Origin: Azolla caroliniana
Taxonomy: Eukaryota > Plantae > Polypodiophyta
DNA length: 64,000 bases
Direction of reading: 5' to 3'
NCBI GenBank assembly: GCA_043228905.1
Contig: JBHGNT010000010.1
Span: forward strand, 16,678,001 to 16,742,000
Of this stretch, positions 36,701 to 49,055 are shown piece by piece (within the stretch, counting starts at the first letter, position 1; each line of letters opens with the position of its first letter). The notes beneath the pieces are model-generated. The model was not told where the DNA came from and made no database searches. It worked only from the letters and a program-made list of their open reading frames with translations. Position numbers and translations under genes: made by a program.

Positions 36701-39700
36701 CTATATATGTTACTACTGCACAGAACATGCCAAATTTTATATTGGGATGTATAGAACAAGTACTTTAATCTACATGATTAATTATACAAGTAAATGGAGT
36801 TTGAAAATGTAGTTACATAATTCAGAACATTAGATAGACTAGAAAATGGATCAATATAAAAACCTGGATCGACTTCTTCCTTCGCTTGGTTCAGGAGATG
36901 GACTATCTTTCGTATGTTTGGGAGATGGGCTCTTCATTTTCACAGGTGAGGGGCTCCTTTTGAAAATAGGTGATGGAGTACTTTTGTTTCTCAGTGGTGA
37001 TACACTTTTCTTGTTTTGTACAACCAACCTTGCTGGTGATCTGCTTCTCTTGTTTCTTACAGGTGATGGGCTCTTCTTGGTTATTATGGGCGATGGGCTC
37101 TTGTTTCCGACAGGTGATGGGATCCTCTTGTTTCTTACTGGTGATAAACTCTTCTTGTTTCGTACTAATGGTGAGCTCTTCTTGTTTCGAATTATCATTC
37201 TCACTGGTGATCTGTTCTTCTTTGTTGTTACTGGTGATGGACTCTTCTCAGTTCTTACTGGCGATGGGCTCTTCCTTCTTATAGGCGATGGGCTCTTCCT
37301 TCTGGGAGCCTCAATTTGCATAGCCTCCTGCGTTTCCTCTCTAATTTCACCATTATCTTCATCCTGAGAAACTTTAGCTATACATTCATCACTGATTTCT
37401 TTCATACTCCCCTCTCTAACGTCCTGCTTTTTAGCAATCAACAACTCTTTCTCTGGTAATTTTTCTTTTCCTGCAAAAATAACTCTTTTAATCACTGCCA
37501 AAAATATTGAACAAGCCGACTATGTAACTTGAATAATCGTGTATCACACATCTGAAAATATTAAACAACGTACACATAGAAATAAAGAGATGCTGTTACT
37601 GTTCCCTCACCAGTATCTACAGGGACTCGTGAAGGCAATCTTCCAGCAGATTTTTTATGTTTTTTTGCACCGTTTTGTTTACTACTATCGCTATGAGTGT
37701 CGGATTCAGAATCGCTCTCACTATCACTTGTACTATCAGAATAAACATCACTATCATCACTGTCATAACTATCCGAACTCCTGCTATGAGAACATATAAT
37801 ACAGTCAGTTAAAAGAACATTCACAAAACTATCTAGCACCAAAAATGTTTATATAGACACATATTACCTGTATCTTCTTCTATATTTTCTTTCCCTCCTG
37901 CTTCGCCTTCTGCTCTTACGCTTGTCTCTCTTTCTTTTTGAGTGTTTCCTCTTTGTTCTTCGAGAGGACTTTCTTTTGCGGCGTCTTCGATCATTTTCAG
38001 TGGAAGAACTGAGCTCTGAAGAGGAGTCAGAGTCAGAGCTGCTTTCAGAACTCTCATCACTTGATTCAGAGTCATAACTATCAGAATCAGATTCATAATG
38101 TCTCCTTCTTTTCTTGCTACGTTCTCTTGTAGACCTCCTATGTCTTTTCTTTCTCTTATGTCTATCCTCTTCGCTTGAATCTACCACTTTCGCTTTCTTT
38201 TTCCCTTTCTTTTTCTCTAATATTGAAGTGAAATAGTTTATTTCAGAATATTAATCCCATCATCATACATTATGAATCATTTTGCCCTTACCATTTTCAA
38301 TTACTCCATTTGATTTTCCTCGAGATACCTCTCCACTACTCAAAACTTTGATAGGCTTGTCAGGCCTATCCCTCTCTCCTGTGGGACATTGCTCGATTTT
38401 GTTCAACACATCCATTCCATCTACCACTTTCCCAAATACAACATGCTTCCTGCCAATATAAATGCCACCAAAATTTCCTTTAACAGCCTACACCCACAAT
38501 GTTATGTGAATCCACATAGCACTAATCAAAAAAGTGCAAAATTACACAGTTCAGAGATAGCTCAAACGTAAAATTAAAAAGCTATGCATTCATAGGATTC
38601 ACACATACAAATAGGGAAATTAATGGGTCATATTCTAAATGTATGCAAACAAGTATTAGCCTCACCCCATCACTTAGGTCATGTGAATGACGATATGTAT
38701 ATGTCTTGCTGTCCTACAAAAAATTATAACAATACAGACTAGTCAAACAACTAACAAATATTCAAAGGCGACCTGTTCTGCCCCAGAATATAAATCTTAT
38801 TTTTGGGGGATACACAGACAGTATATTATACCAGTCACCAAAAACCAGAGAAGAGGCTTCTTTGTAGCACTAGAGCAACACCCTGATTTGCAAGCTTATG
38901 TTAACATCATACAGGTGGGTAAGGATATAAAACACAAAGGAAATATTAAATCAAGCTGCGTTGTTTACCCATCAAGATGTGGAGCTGGTGCAAATGTAAC
39001 AAAGAACTGAGAACCATTTGTATTAGGACCAGCATTAGCCATTGACAGAACACCTCTTTCAGAATGAGTGAATTGAAAGTTCTCATCTGCAATACAATAA
39101 GCATCAAGTTTAAGCAGGTTCTCTAATAAGCATACTGAAATATAAATGAATATCTATACCGGCAAATTTTCCACCGTAAATGCTTTCACCCCCAGTTCCT
39201 ACAGTTTAAAGTAAACATAATTAGACAAAGAAGACTTTCTTTGTCATTTAAAATTCAAAATACCCATTATTAGCCCATATTGACACAGGTAAGACATAGT
39301 GCTTACCATCCTTCTTTGAGAAATCGCCACCCTGTAATATAAGACATTATTAAGTTCTCAGCAATTATGAACTGAGCTTAAATAAAACATAGAATTAACA
39401 AAGAATGTACTTGTGCCATGAATCCCTTGATGACACGGTGGAAGACAGTTCCTTTGTAATGCAAAGGCTTCTTTGTGTTTCGTCCAATGCCCTTTTCGCC
39501 TAATCATAGAGAAAGCATAGAGACATTATAAAAGCATAAACTTGCAATATACATTGTCCACAGTTGCATATATTTTCACAAAAAATAAAGAATAGATATA
39601 TAAATTGGAGCCAAATTTCAAATAAAATATTTTAGTTACCTGTACAATTACCCTAATTCCAACTAACATCTGTATCATGGAACCAAATATAACATAGTTA

Positions 39701-40227
39701 TAAGGATGTGAACCAGCATCCTCAACTTCATTCATGCACACAAAACGTGTTGAAAGATATTTAAGACACAGTGATGAATATAGAATCCATTGAACCACCA
39801 CTCTTGACTTTTTTTGTTCCTAAACAGTACTAAGACAGTACCCTATTTAAAAAAATTGTGCCAGTGACATAGCTAATTTTGGCTTCTCTCAAAGTTAGAG
39901 GATATCTCACCATCTATAGATCACAAAAATAAATGTGTTCAGAAAGTTCAGTCTTACAGTTGGGTCAATCTGAATTCAAATACCTGTGCAAAGAGCCCGA
40001 AAATTTTCGACTGTAATCGGAACAGCATCTGCAAAAAGCTGAAAGAATCCAATCGATAATATTCAGGATGCAGCTTAACAGACAAATAATAACAACGTTG
40101 AGAAAGAAGGTACCTCCATCACAATTCTTCCAATTGGTTTTCCACCTATTGCTATATCAAAAAACACTCTAGGATTTTCATTTGCCTTGACCAACTTTTC
40201 AGCTTTCACAACTTTTTCAGGATTCAT
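33797..40227 (-). CDS. CYP95: Nuclear RS-domain cyclophilin (peptidyl-prolyl cis-trans isomerase, CYP63/CYP95 type), ~863 aa, 13 coding exons
   Basis: Exons (minus): 40227-40114, 40038-39984, 39499-39411, 39331-39307, 39198-39160, 39086-38969, 38449-38292, 38216-37868, 37780(or 37783)-37611, 37470-36864, 35513-35145, 34887-34813, 34220-33797. All introns are GT-AG and the total of 2592 nt is in frame. Cyclophilin motifs [30 protein letters not shown] and HLDGKHVVFG, followed by K/R-S-rich and RS/SP domains ([29 protein letters not shown]). Confidence 0.93.
35557..36120. repeat. Degenerate ~114-bp tandem repeat in cyclophilin intron 10
   Basis: Recurring ctagtt(t)ctcaatttatgtt...ctcctaca...atgccaag at ~35643, 35757 and 35870, with weaker copies beyond. 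Confidence 0.65.
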
Positions 40228-42049
40228 CTTCAGGTTGTTTGAATATGTCAATATACTGCATACGATTTAAACAACAAGGAGTGACTCCTAGCTCAGCCAT
40301 ATATAAATCATGTATTTTCAAGCTCGTACCTACACTTGCAGTTCTAACAACATCCGTGTTGCTAACTTGTTCCAAGACCATGATCAAGAAGCAATTATAT
40401 ATGTGTGTATGTATATCAGAGGAAAGAATGGAAGCAGGAAAACCACAAAGAAGAGAATTGAATAAGTCCTGATAGTGAAGAAGAATATATCACGTTGAAC
40501 TTGCCTTAGGATGAGAACTAAGAGGTAAAAATCTATAAAAGAGAAGCATCAAAAAAGAAAAACATGACAAAGCCACTGATGTCATATGAATGTCGTGGGA
40601 AGAAGAGAAGCAGACAACAGAATAAAACAGAGTTTTGCTGCAGAACACAGCTCTCATGTAGTAAACATGAGTGGATTAGAGAAATTCTTTTTATAAAGGA
40701 AATTTTTGGAAAGAAGGCAGAAGAATAAAGCAATATGGTATTTTGCTACAGAATTGAGAAAAACATTTTGAAAAATTGAAGCATTTATATCCAATTATGT
40801 ATTACAATAAAAACAAAAAACAACTGCGATCAGCTATGACAAGGATAAGAAAAATGGACAAAATGCAGTTCACATTATCTTTCGAATCAAATGGATGCGG
40901 AGGAAAAAATTTATTGCAGAATTCAGGAAACTCTTCAACAGGAAGTTCTTTTGATCAAAAGGATTTTACAGGATTGGTAAAACAAAGATTAGCCCATGGA
41001 ATACTAAAACTAGAATTTTTGCTCAGAATTTCGATATGATAACGCCCTACCTAAGCACAGTCTCAAAAAATTTATATCGCAATCAGACAAAACTATAGAA
41101 ATAGATAAGAGTCAGAAATCCAAAGGTATATCCACGTAGATGAAAGAATTCTAAAGAGTGGACCAGAACAAACAAAAGCCCCCGCAATTTGAGAGAATCC
41201 ATCTGGACACACGTGATTAGAAACATACAAATATGATTCAGCTAGATTCCTGGAAGTTAAGGTAAAACGACAAAACTGTTGAGCTCTAAACCAGAAGAAT
41301 CCATGGAAATATGATTGAGCGGAAAAGCCGAAACAGGAATGTTTCTGCAGAATTTGGCAGAGATCTTCATGTTAAACATGAACAAGCCAAAAGAAATAGA
41401 ATGTCTCCATGTAAGCACATGGAAAGAAAATATATCAGAGATTCAGAATACCAAACACTATAATTTCCCAAAACTCGGAAGGACTAAGGGCAAAGAAAAC
41501 TTCAAGGATGGGAATGGGAGCAGAAATTCCAAAGTAGGAAAAGAAAACATTTCCGCAGGATTCACGGTTACTTGACGGCATCCAATCGATCAAAGAGAAA
41601 AAGAAATACAAGAGAGAAAGGGAGCGCAGTAAACCTAGAAATAAATTGGTTTCATCGTTCCTGCAGGATCCGAGGAACTCTAGACGAAAGTAAACCAACG
41701 AAAAGCAAAAAGTGAAACTCAAATCCGAAATAAAGGGTCTGCAAAAAGGAAACGATCTATCGATGTCAAGAAGGATCGAGCATTTCAAGATGAAGAAAGA
41801 AAAGCAGGAAAAGGGGAGCAAAAGCGGAGATGAATGAGAGATCAGATCCGCATGGAAAGAAAGGAGAAGGAAGGAAGATTTACCAGGAGCAACTCCGACA
41901 GAGATGAAGAACGAGGACCAGAAGAGGAATGGAAAGCAAGGGGGAGGAGCTGGCCGGTGAAACAACTTCCTCTGCAAGCAGCGAAGATGGAAGAAGATGG
42001 AAGAAAGGACTTTCTGGTTTCCTTCCTTCGTTCCGCTCGCCTGCTCTGC

Positions 42050-42175
42050 AAACCCTAACCCTAAATTCGCTGCAGAAACCTGCGGGAGGGGGAGCAGCAA
42101 AATCTGGAGATCATAATAAATTACAGTTTAATTTTTATGCGACGATAAATAGATAAATAAAGCAAAACCCTAAGG
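42050..42175 (-). promoter_or_regulatory. Telo-boxes near the probable cyclophilin transcription start
   Basis: AAACCCTAA(CCCTAA) at ~42050 and AAACCCTAA at ~42165 in a GC-richer, CpG-containing stretch 1.9 kb upstream of the ATG. Confidence 0.5.
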
Positions 42176-42267
42176 CGCCGGGGGTACCGCACGGGAATTC
42201 TCAAAAACCTAGGGGCAGGGGTATTCCGGTAATTATCGATCATTTGTGGTTGTGTGAAGTATGTACA

Positions 42268-42753
42268 TAACAATCGGCAACGGTTCGGTTCGGTTCGGTT
42301 TTGAGATGGTCCAAACCGAACCGGTTTGGAACCGAACCATTTAACATTTTTGAAACCTCAATCGAACCGAACCACGAAACCGTTAAACCGAACCGTTAAA
42401 CAATTACAAATCGTTAAACCATTAAACCGTAAAAACCGTGGTTTCGTGGGCTGGTTTCGGTTTTCAACATAGGTCAAATTTTTAATTTTTAATTTTTAAT
42501 TTTTTTAAATTTATAATATTTCATTTTTTAAAATTTTTAAAATTTTTAAGATATTTACTAAAATGTGAGAATAAGGTCTAAAAATAAAAAGATTGTTTAA
42601 AAATAGTTTTTAAATTTTTTTACAAATTATTAATAATAATAATAATAATAAATTTTTAAAAAAACCATTTAACAGTTTAAACCACGGTTTCTAGCTGTTA
42701 AAACCAAACCAAACCGTTGAAACCATTAAACCGCGATTTCGCGGTTCGGTTTG

Positions 42754-42756
<3 letters not shown>
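42268..42756. mobile_element. hAT-type MITE with AACCG/CGGTT subterminal repeats, right end lost
   Basis: Left end ...aatcggcaacggttcggttcgg resembles the TIR of the MITE at 56332. Dense aaaccg/cggtt motifs surround an AT-rich core. It is cut off by (CT)~19 at 42757-42794. Confidence 0.7.
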
Positions 42757-42799
<43 letters not shown>

Positions 42800-42849
42800 T
42801 CACTCACACAACACATACTATATGTCTTAATCTATTATGCTACACAAAA

Positions 42850-43550
42850 TTAGCATCCTGGTGGTCATTACTCAATGGAAGTATTCCTCTAAAGATTCGA
42901 CATTCTGTATGTGGACAACATTTGATAAGGTTGTGGCAAATTGCATCATCTCTTTTTGAATGGGCGCCATCAAGTGATCGAGAATATTATAATTCATTAC
43001 AAAATGAATTGCTTGTTTCTTCTCGAGTGTTGTTTTGGCATGGGAAAGAGAAGTTGAGATCTCAATTCAATCATTTATTTCGATTGGGGATTGTACATTT
43101 AGAAGATGTGGTTGATAATAAATCTCAAAGGTTGTCGGATTTTGAAGATGCCTAGTGATGGTTATGTATTCCCCCAAATTATGGATTTATTTGGGAGAAA
43201 TTACAACCTATGCCATTGTTGCAAGGATCTTTGCGGCCATTGAAAACAAATTTTGCAGATGGTACACGCTTGTTATAGGTCACTACAAATATATTGTATC
43301 ATCATGCGATGACATCATTATCTTGGCTATCTCCTAAAGTAGCGAAGTTGTGGAATGTATGTAAGTCATATGCAAGGTGGTGAAAAATATTACAACGTAG
43401 TTGGCATTCCCATCTACCATTTCGTGCAAAGGTATTCATATGGAGAGTCATGATTGGTGGGCTCCCATTAGGTTCAGTCTTAAAGAGACGAGGACTGGGG
43501 TCCAGTACTTGTTTCTTTTGCACCGTTCCATTGGAGGGTTCAAACCGAAG
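42850..43550 (+). mobile_element. ORF2 C-terminal fragment of a LINE related to the 24-30 kb element
   Basis: NSLQNELLVSSRVLFWHGKEKLRSQFN versus NSLQKELLVFSRLLCWLGKERLRSQFN in the large LINE (~25320-25230), and KVFIWRVMIGGLPLG...CFFC versus KVFIWSVLIGGLPLG...CFFC. Confidence 0.85.
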
Positions 43551-43921
43551 CGTTGCGGATTGTTATATGTACATACATATATTGTATTATGAATGCACTA
43601 GGGAGATTCCATTCCCAACATAGGTACTTGAGTACATTAGGTTATTGAATGCTCTAGTGAGATTCCATTCCCCGTGTGCACCTTGCCAATGAATGGTACA
43701 CATGCCACAAGCCCATGACTCACACCTTGAGTCATGGGTGACTTCTCCATCCATCGAGAAGACTTAGAAGCCCACGACTCTTATCATGCATCATGGGAGC
43801 CTCTTCTCTACCCGTCAAGGTAGTGTGTTGTAGTTCCAATCACTGAACCACTCAACACATCGGATGGGTTACCATTTCCCCCCTTTTTGAAGAAGACGTC
43901 CCTGTCCCCTCTTCGTTTCAT

Positions 43922-44070
43922 CTTGGAGGCCATCCTTCGTCATGGGGATCGGCCAAACCAAAATGGACCTAATAGGCTCTACCTTTGCCAATGGAAAGGC
44001 AAACCCACGGAAGAGAATTCATGGCAACAAGGCGCAACCTTGTGGCAAATTGAAGATATGGTTAATGCAT
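43922..44070 (+). other. Inverted chromodomain-coding segment of the Galadriel-like element
   Basis: LEAILRHG...YLCQWKGKPTEENSWQ...LWQIEDMVNA is on the plus strand while the element is on minus. Flipping it restores ...VNA-YETKRGQGRLLQKGG into the PPT. Confidence 0.85.
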
Positions 44071-44518
44071 TACATGCATGCCTTGTACCCTCACATGCAT
44101 TGTATGCATGGGGGCACCTATAAAAGGAGTGAAAGGGGAAAAGAGGAGAGGCAATCAGGAAATCAAGAGAAAGTAAGAAATCAAATAATTTATCAAGTAA
44201 AGAAGCTAGCCCATTTGGGCAAGTGTCTTGTCTCTTGGAGTTGAAGTCGAGAGTTCAAATCAAGAGTCGGTAGATAAAAGTTTCTTTTTGCTATCAAGCA
44301 TTGTAAAGTCGGTAAAATCATGTTTTCTTAATATAAATCATGTTCATATCATATACTTCTTAAATCATACATTGTCTCTATCTTTTATCTATACTCGTCT
44401 CTCTCTCACACACATTACTTTTTCTAACATCAACGCACAAGCCTTATAAAATATATAACCAACTCCTTTTAACCTTAGTCCCTGCGACTTCGCCGCACGA
44501 ACCACAACTACCCCGACA
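44071..44518 (+). mobile_element. 3' part of an LTR (CGACA-ending) inserted in the Galadriel integrase
   Basis: TATA (cctataaaagg, ~44117), aataaa, and the end ...cttagtcc...gcacg...ccccgaca. Integrase sequence resumes at 44519. Confidence 0.65.
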
Positions 44519-47500
44519 CTGCTATGTAGAGGTATTGGGACCAATCCTTTTGGTCCAAGCTCACATAATGGCGAAGATAATCCTCCAAGATTTGATTAGT
44601 CCTCTCCGTTTGGCCATCTATTTGTGGGTGATCGGAACTACTAAACTTGAGGTTAGTACCCATCAAAGTGAAAAGTGTGGACCAAAATTTACCGGTGAAG
44701 CGACTGTCACGATCACTAATTATCTCTCTTGGGAGCCCATGGTATTTGAACACATTCGCAAAGAAAAGTTTCGCCACATACTCAACATTCACGGGGCTTT
44801 CGTAGGCCACAAAGTGAGGATACTTCGTAAATCAATCCATGACGACAAAGATAGGTCCTGTGTAGTTTTGGCTTTCCGGCAAACTTATGATGAAGTCCAT
44901 GTTAAGGGATTGCCATGGTTGATTTGGGATGCTTAATGGTTGAAGCAATCCAGCGGGCTTGCATCTTTCAGCTTTGTCTTGTTGGCACACTTGGCATCCT
45001 CTCACATAGGCTTGAACTTCTTTGTCCATGTGTGGCCAAAAGTACATATGAGTCAACATTTCCATGGTTTTATCCCCACCAAGGTGTTCGGCCCACAATG
45101 TGTCATGACACTCGTACATTACTTCTTTCCTCGCTAATTGAGGTACATAAAGTCTTTGTTGCTTGAAGTAGATCACCCCATCTTTGAGAGATAGATGGGC
45201 CACCTTTTCACCATTAGCAAAGGAACAAAGGCACTTTTGTGCATATTCATCACCATGATACGCACTCTTGAGGGTTGGCAACATATTAGTATCCACCACC
45301 ACATGCATGACCATCAAATGGGCTCTTCGACTAAGAGCATCAACTACCACATTTCGCTTTTTGGACTTGTACTTGAGTTCAAAATCATAACTGGCAAGGA
45401 AGTCTTGCCACCGAGCTTGCTTTGCGGTGAGTTTCAGTTGTGAAACAAAGTACGTTGATGTGATGTTATCCGTGTGGATGGTGAAGTGCCTCCCCATCAA
45501 GCAATGTCTCCATGTACGAAGAGAATGGACGATGGCCACCATCTCCTTTTCATGTGTGGGGTATCACGTCTCTCGATCCATGAGATTCTTGCTCTCAAAG
45601 GCCACCGGCCTTCCTTCTTGCATGAGCACTCCACCCATGGCATAATCAGATGCATCCGTATGAAGCAAAAAGGGCTTGTCAAAGTCGGGTAGTGCCAAAC
45701 ATGGCGCTATGGACAATGCCTCTTTTAAGGCATCAAAAGCACAAGCACACTTATCACACCAAAACCATTTTTTCCCACTTTTAGTAAGGTTAGAGAGAGA
45801 GGAGTAGAGAGACAAGCAAAACCATCAATAAACATACAATAGAAGGAAGCTAAACCAAGGAAATAATGGACATCCGTTACTGAACGTGGTGTAGGCCATT
45901 CCTTGATTGCATGAAGCTTTTCCTCTTCGAGTTGTAGCTCACCGCGAGCTATTTTGAAGTTGAGGAAGTACACTACTTCCACACCAAAGTCGCACATGGG
46001 TTTCTTCACATATAGGTGGTTCTCCCTTAATCTTTAGAGAGTCATTTCAACATCCTTCAAGTGTTGTTCCCAAGTAGGGCTAAAGACAAGCAAGTCATCA
46101 AGGTAGACCACAATGCATTTGTCAAGCTCCGATCCAAACACTTGATTCATGAGTGTGCTAAAGGTTGCTACTACATTGGTTAAGCCCATCGACATTACAA
46201 GCCATTCATATGAGCCATAGCAAGTTTGCATGGCGGTTTTCTTTGCATCACCTTCGGCGATCCTCACTTGATAGTATCCTGAACGAAGATCCATCTTGGT
46301 GAAGTATCGTGCCTTCCCAAGTTGATCAAACATCTTTCGAAGATTAGGAAGAGGGTTGCGATTCTTGATGGGGAGCTTGTTCAACACTCGATAATCGACT
46401 CACATTCTCAAGTTTCCATCATTCTTCGTGATGAAGAGCACTAGTGCACCATAAGGAGATCTAGAAGGGCGTATGAATCCCGCCTCTAGTAGCTCATTGA
46501 GTTGACGCTTTAACTCCGTATTCTTGGCAATGCTTAGGCGATAAAGCTTCTTCACAAGAGGAGTGCCCCCCGGCACCACCTCGATGCGATGATCAACCTC
46601 CCTTTTTGGGGCCAACTCCTTTAGTAAAGCGTTTGGCATGAAATCTTGAAACCTATCTAACAAAACCATATTGTTAGGATGAATGTCCTTTACGGACAAG
46701 GGATTGCCATGATCATTGGTATCCTTAAAAATAGCGGTTCTCATAAGGCAACCCTTTTGGGCTACCTTCTTGAGTTGCATGGAGGAGAGATTTTTTGGGA
46801 GGGGGTTGGGGCGAGAGGAAGAAGCTTTTACAACATGAAGTTTATCTTTCATAAATAGATTATAGAACTTGCACAAGCCCACAAGCTTTGGCGAGGGTTA
46901 GCTTCATGAACTTACAAGACGCACTCGTATCCACCATCGCTTGACACAAATGACCATCAATTAGAGCGCTAACATAAAGTAATAAATGCTCACTCTTTAC
47001 CTCAAGAACCGCACACAAACACTTGATGTGGCCCATGGTTTGATTGTTCACGTCATCGTTCAAAGCCTTAACAAGCGAGTGGAGTTGGCCCTTGAAGGGG
47101 CAATCTCTTGCAAAATGGTTACCCTGGAAAATGAAGCACTCAAGCTTCCTTTTCACGGTAGCATCCTTGGGCTTGAAAGGATTCACACTCGTAGTCTTCT
47201 CGGGATGAAACTTCTTTGCAACATTTTTGCCATAATTAGGGGGCGAGATCCACCTCCTTGTGAATTAGAAGCCGCCTTCTTGAAGGAACGAGCATTGTGT
47301 GCCTTCAAATTTGGAGGACCCCTCTTTTCTTTGCCTTTGACATCGGAGGAGCCACCTTGAGAATGCCAATCGGTGAGACGATCCACTGCTTCATATGCGG
47401 CTGCAAGAGTTGTTGCATTTTGTCGGCAAAGCTCGTTTTGAGCCCACTCCTTCAACCAGTTTGTAAATGCAAAGAAACAATCTTGTTCTCCCATGGACCG

Positions 47501-47715
47501 AATTTGTAACATAAGAGCACGAAAGGATTTAATATAATCCTTGATATGGCCCGTGTGATGAAGTAGGTAAAGTTATTGTCGAGTCTTCCACTCGGAATTA
47601 GAAGGAAGAAATTGTTTGTTGAGAGCTTCAATCAATTCTTCCCACATGTTCACGGGCATGTGCCCCTTTCGTTGAACGCTATCATTGATGAAGTTGCGCC
47701 ACTATAGCTTAGCAC

Positions 47716-48058
47716 TGTTAATGGGTGGGGGTGAAGCCAAGAATGGCTCCACCCCCCTCCCAAGGGGGGTTACACGTGAGGGGGAGAGAGAGAGAGAAGG
47801 AAAGAGAAAACAATGAGACACAAAATGAGAGGGGAAAACTCTATTGCAATACATGCCCCGTAAGGGGTTTATATAGTACATCAAAATGTAACGGTTACAT
47901 AATATAACCATTACAAATAAGACCGTTACACATGCACATAAATGTGCATGTGTTCATACACATACTCATCCTCACACACTCATATACATTACACATACAC
48001 AACAACCACATTATCGTGTTCCACCCTTAGACCGCCCCGTACACTCCTACGGGTAACA
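47716..48058 (-). mobile_element. 343-bp solo LTR inserted in the Galadriel gag
   Basis: TGTTA...TAACA termini and near-TSD AGCAC/AGCAT. Removing it rejoins gag (FLAGDA|KL*WRNF). TATATAAA on the minus strand. Confidence 0.85.
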
Positions 48059-48879
48059 AGCATCTCCAGCCAAGAAGGTGGAGCAATAGAAGACATAGTC
48101 TGCCTCATTGAGGATACAGGTAACTAGAAAAAATTGCTCACAATCCCAAATGAAGTTCTCTAAAACTTGGGCATCTTGAGCTCCATTGTAGCTTTTGGGT
48201 TCACAAGGCTTCACACGTGGAACTTCATCGACGCGTCGGGCCGCTTCTTTTCCCACGTCATTCTCGGCACAAGACTCCTTGGCAAATAGGCGCACCAACT
48301 CCTCATTAGTGTCGGCGAGACGAGCACTAAGGTCCCTGACTGTAGAGTAAGATTGCCAACTTCACTTTCGAGTAAGGCAATTCTCGTCTCAAGTTCCTTA
48401 ACATGTAGACAAAGGTTTCAGGGATAATTTATAGGAACCTCCTCCGAGGTCGACGACACATTCGCCGGGTTGGAAGTAACGGAGGCATTGGGAGCCGTTT
48501 CCATGGTTGCTGCATCCATATTTTCTAGCACAACCATTACTAAAATTAGTACTTCAAGAAGGTTATTTAAAAGAACACAGTTACCTTCAAATTCATGATT
48601 CCCGCAAGTCACAAACGTAATCATAACGAGTTCGCTCTGGTACCACGTAACACCACCAAAAAATTGTGATGAGGGTGGATCGTCATTCAGTTCAGACTCG
48701 CGTGTCGACACTCCGCTTCTACAGGAATCAATGACTAGGCGAGAGAATTTGGATACGTTGAACCTCTGCCCAACCACCCTTTGTTTAGCTTAAGTAGAAG
48801 ATCCATCTTCATTCTCTTGTATGTCCCCCCATATAGTACTTGAGTACCTTATATTCATTATAAGGTATTGAGTACACTC

Positions 48880-49055
48880 TAGGGAGATTCCATTCCTCAC
48901 ATAGGCATTAGATTATTGAATGCATTACGGAGATTCCATTCCCAACATAGGTACTTGAGTACATTAGGTTATTGAATGCACTAGGGAGATTCCATTCTCA
49001 ACATAGGTACTTGAGTACATTAGGTTATTGAATGCTCTAGGGAGATTCCATTCTC
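48880..49055. repeat. ~56-bp tandem repeat in the Galadriel LTR
   Basis: Unit gggagattccattcccaacataggtacttgagtacattaggttattgaatgcacta, about 3 copies. Also present in the other LTR at ~43590-43675. Confidence 0.85.

Noticed and set aside
36846-37367. 173-aa plus-strand ORF with TGDGLF repeats
   Set aside because: Antisense of the cyclophilin SPSP-repeat exon.
41435-42100. 221-aa Phe/Ser/Leu-rich ORF upstream of the cyclophilin
   Set aside because: Pyrimidine-rich 5' UTR or intron sequence with a non-ATG start and no domain.
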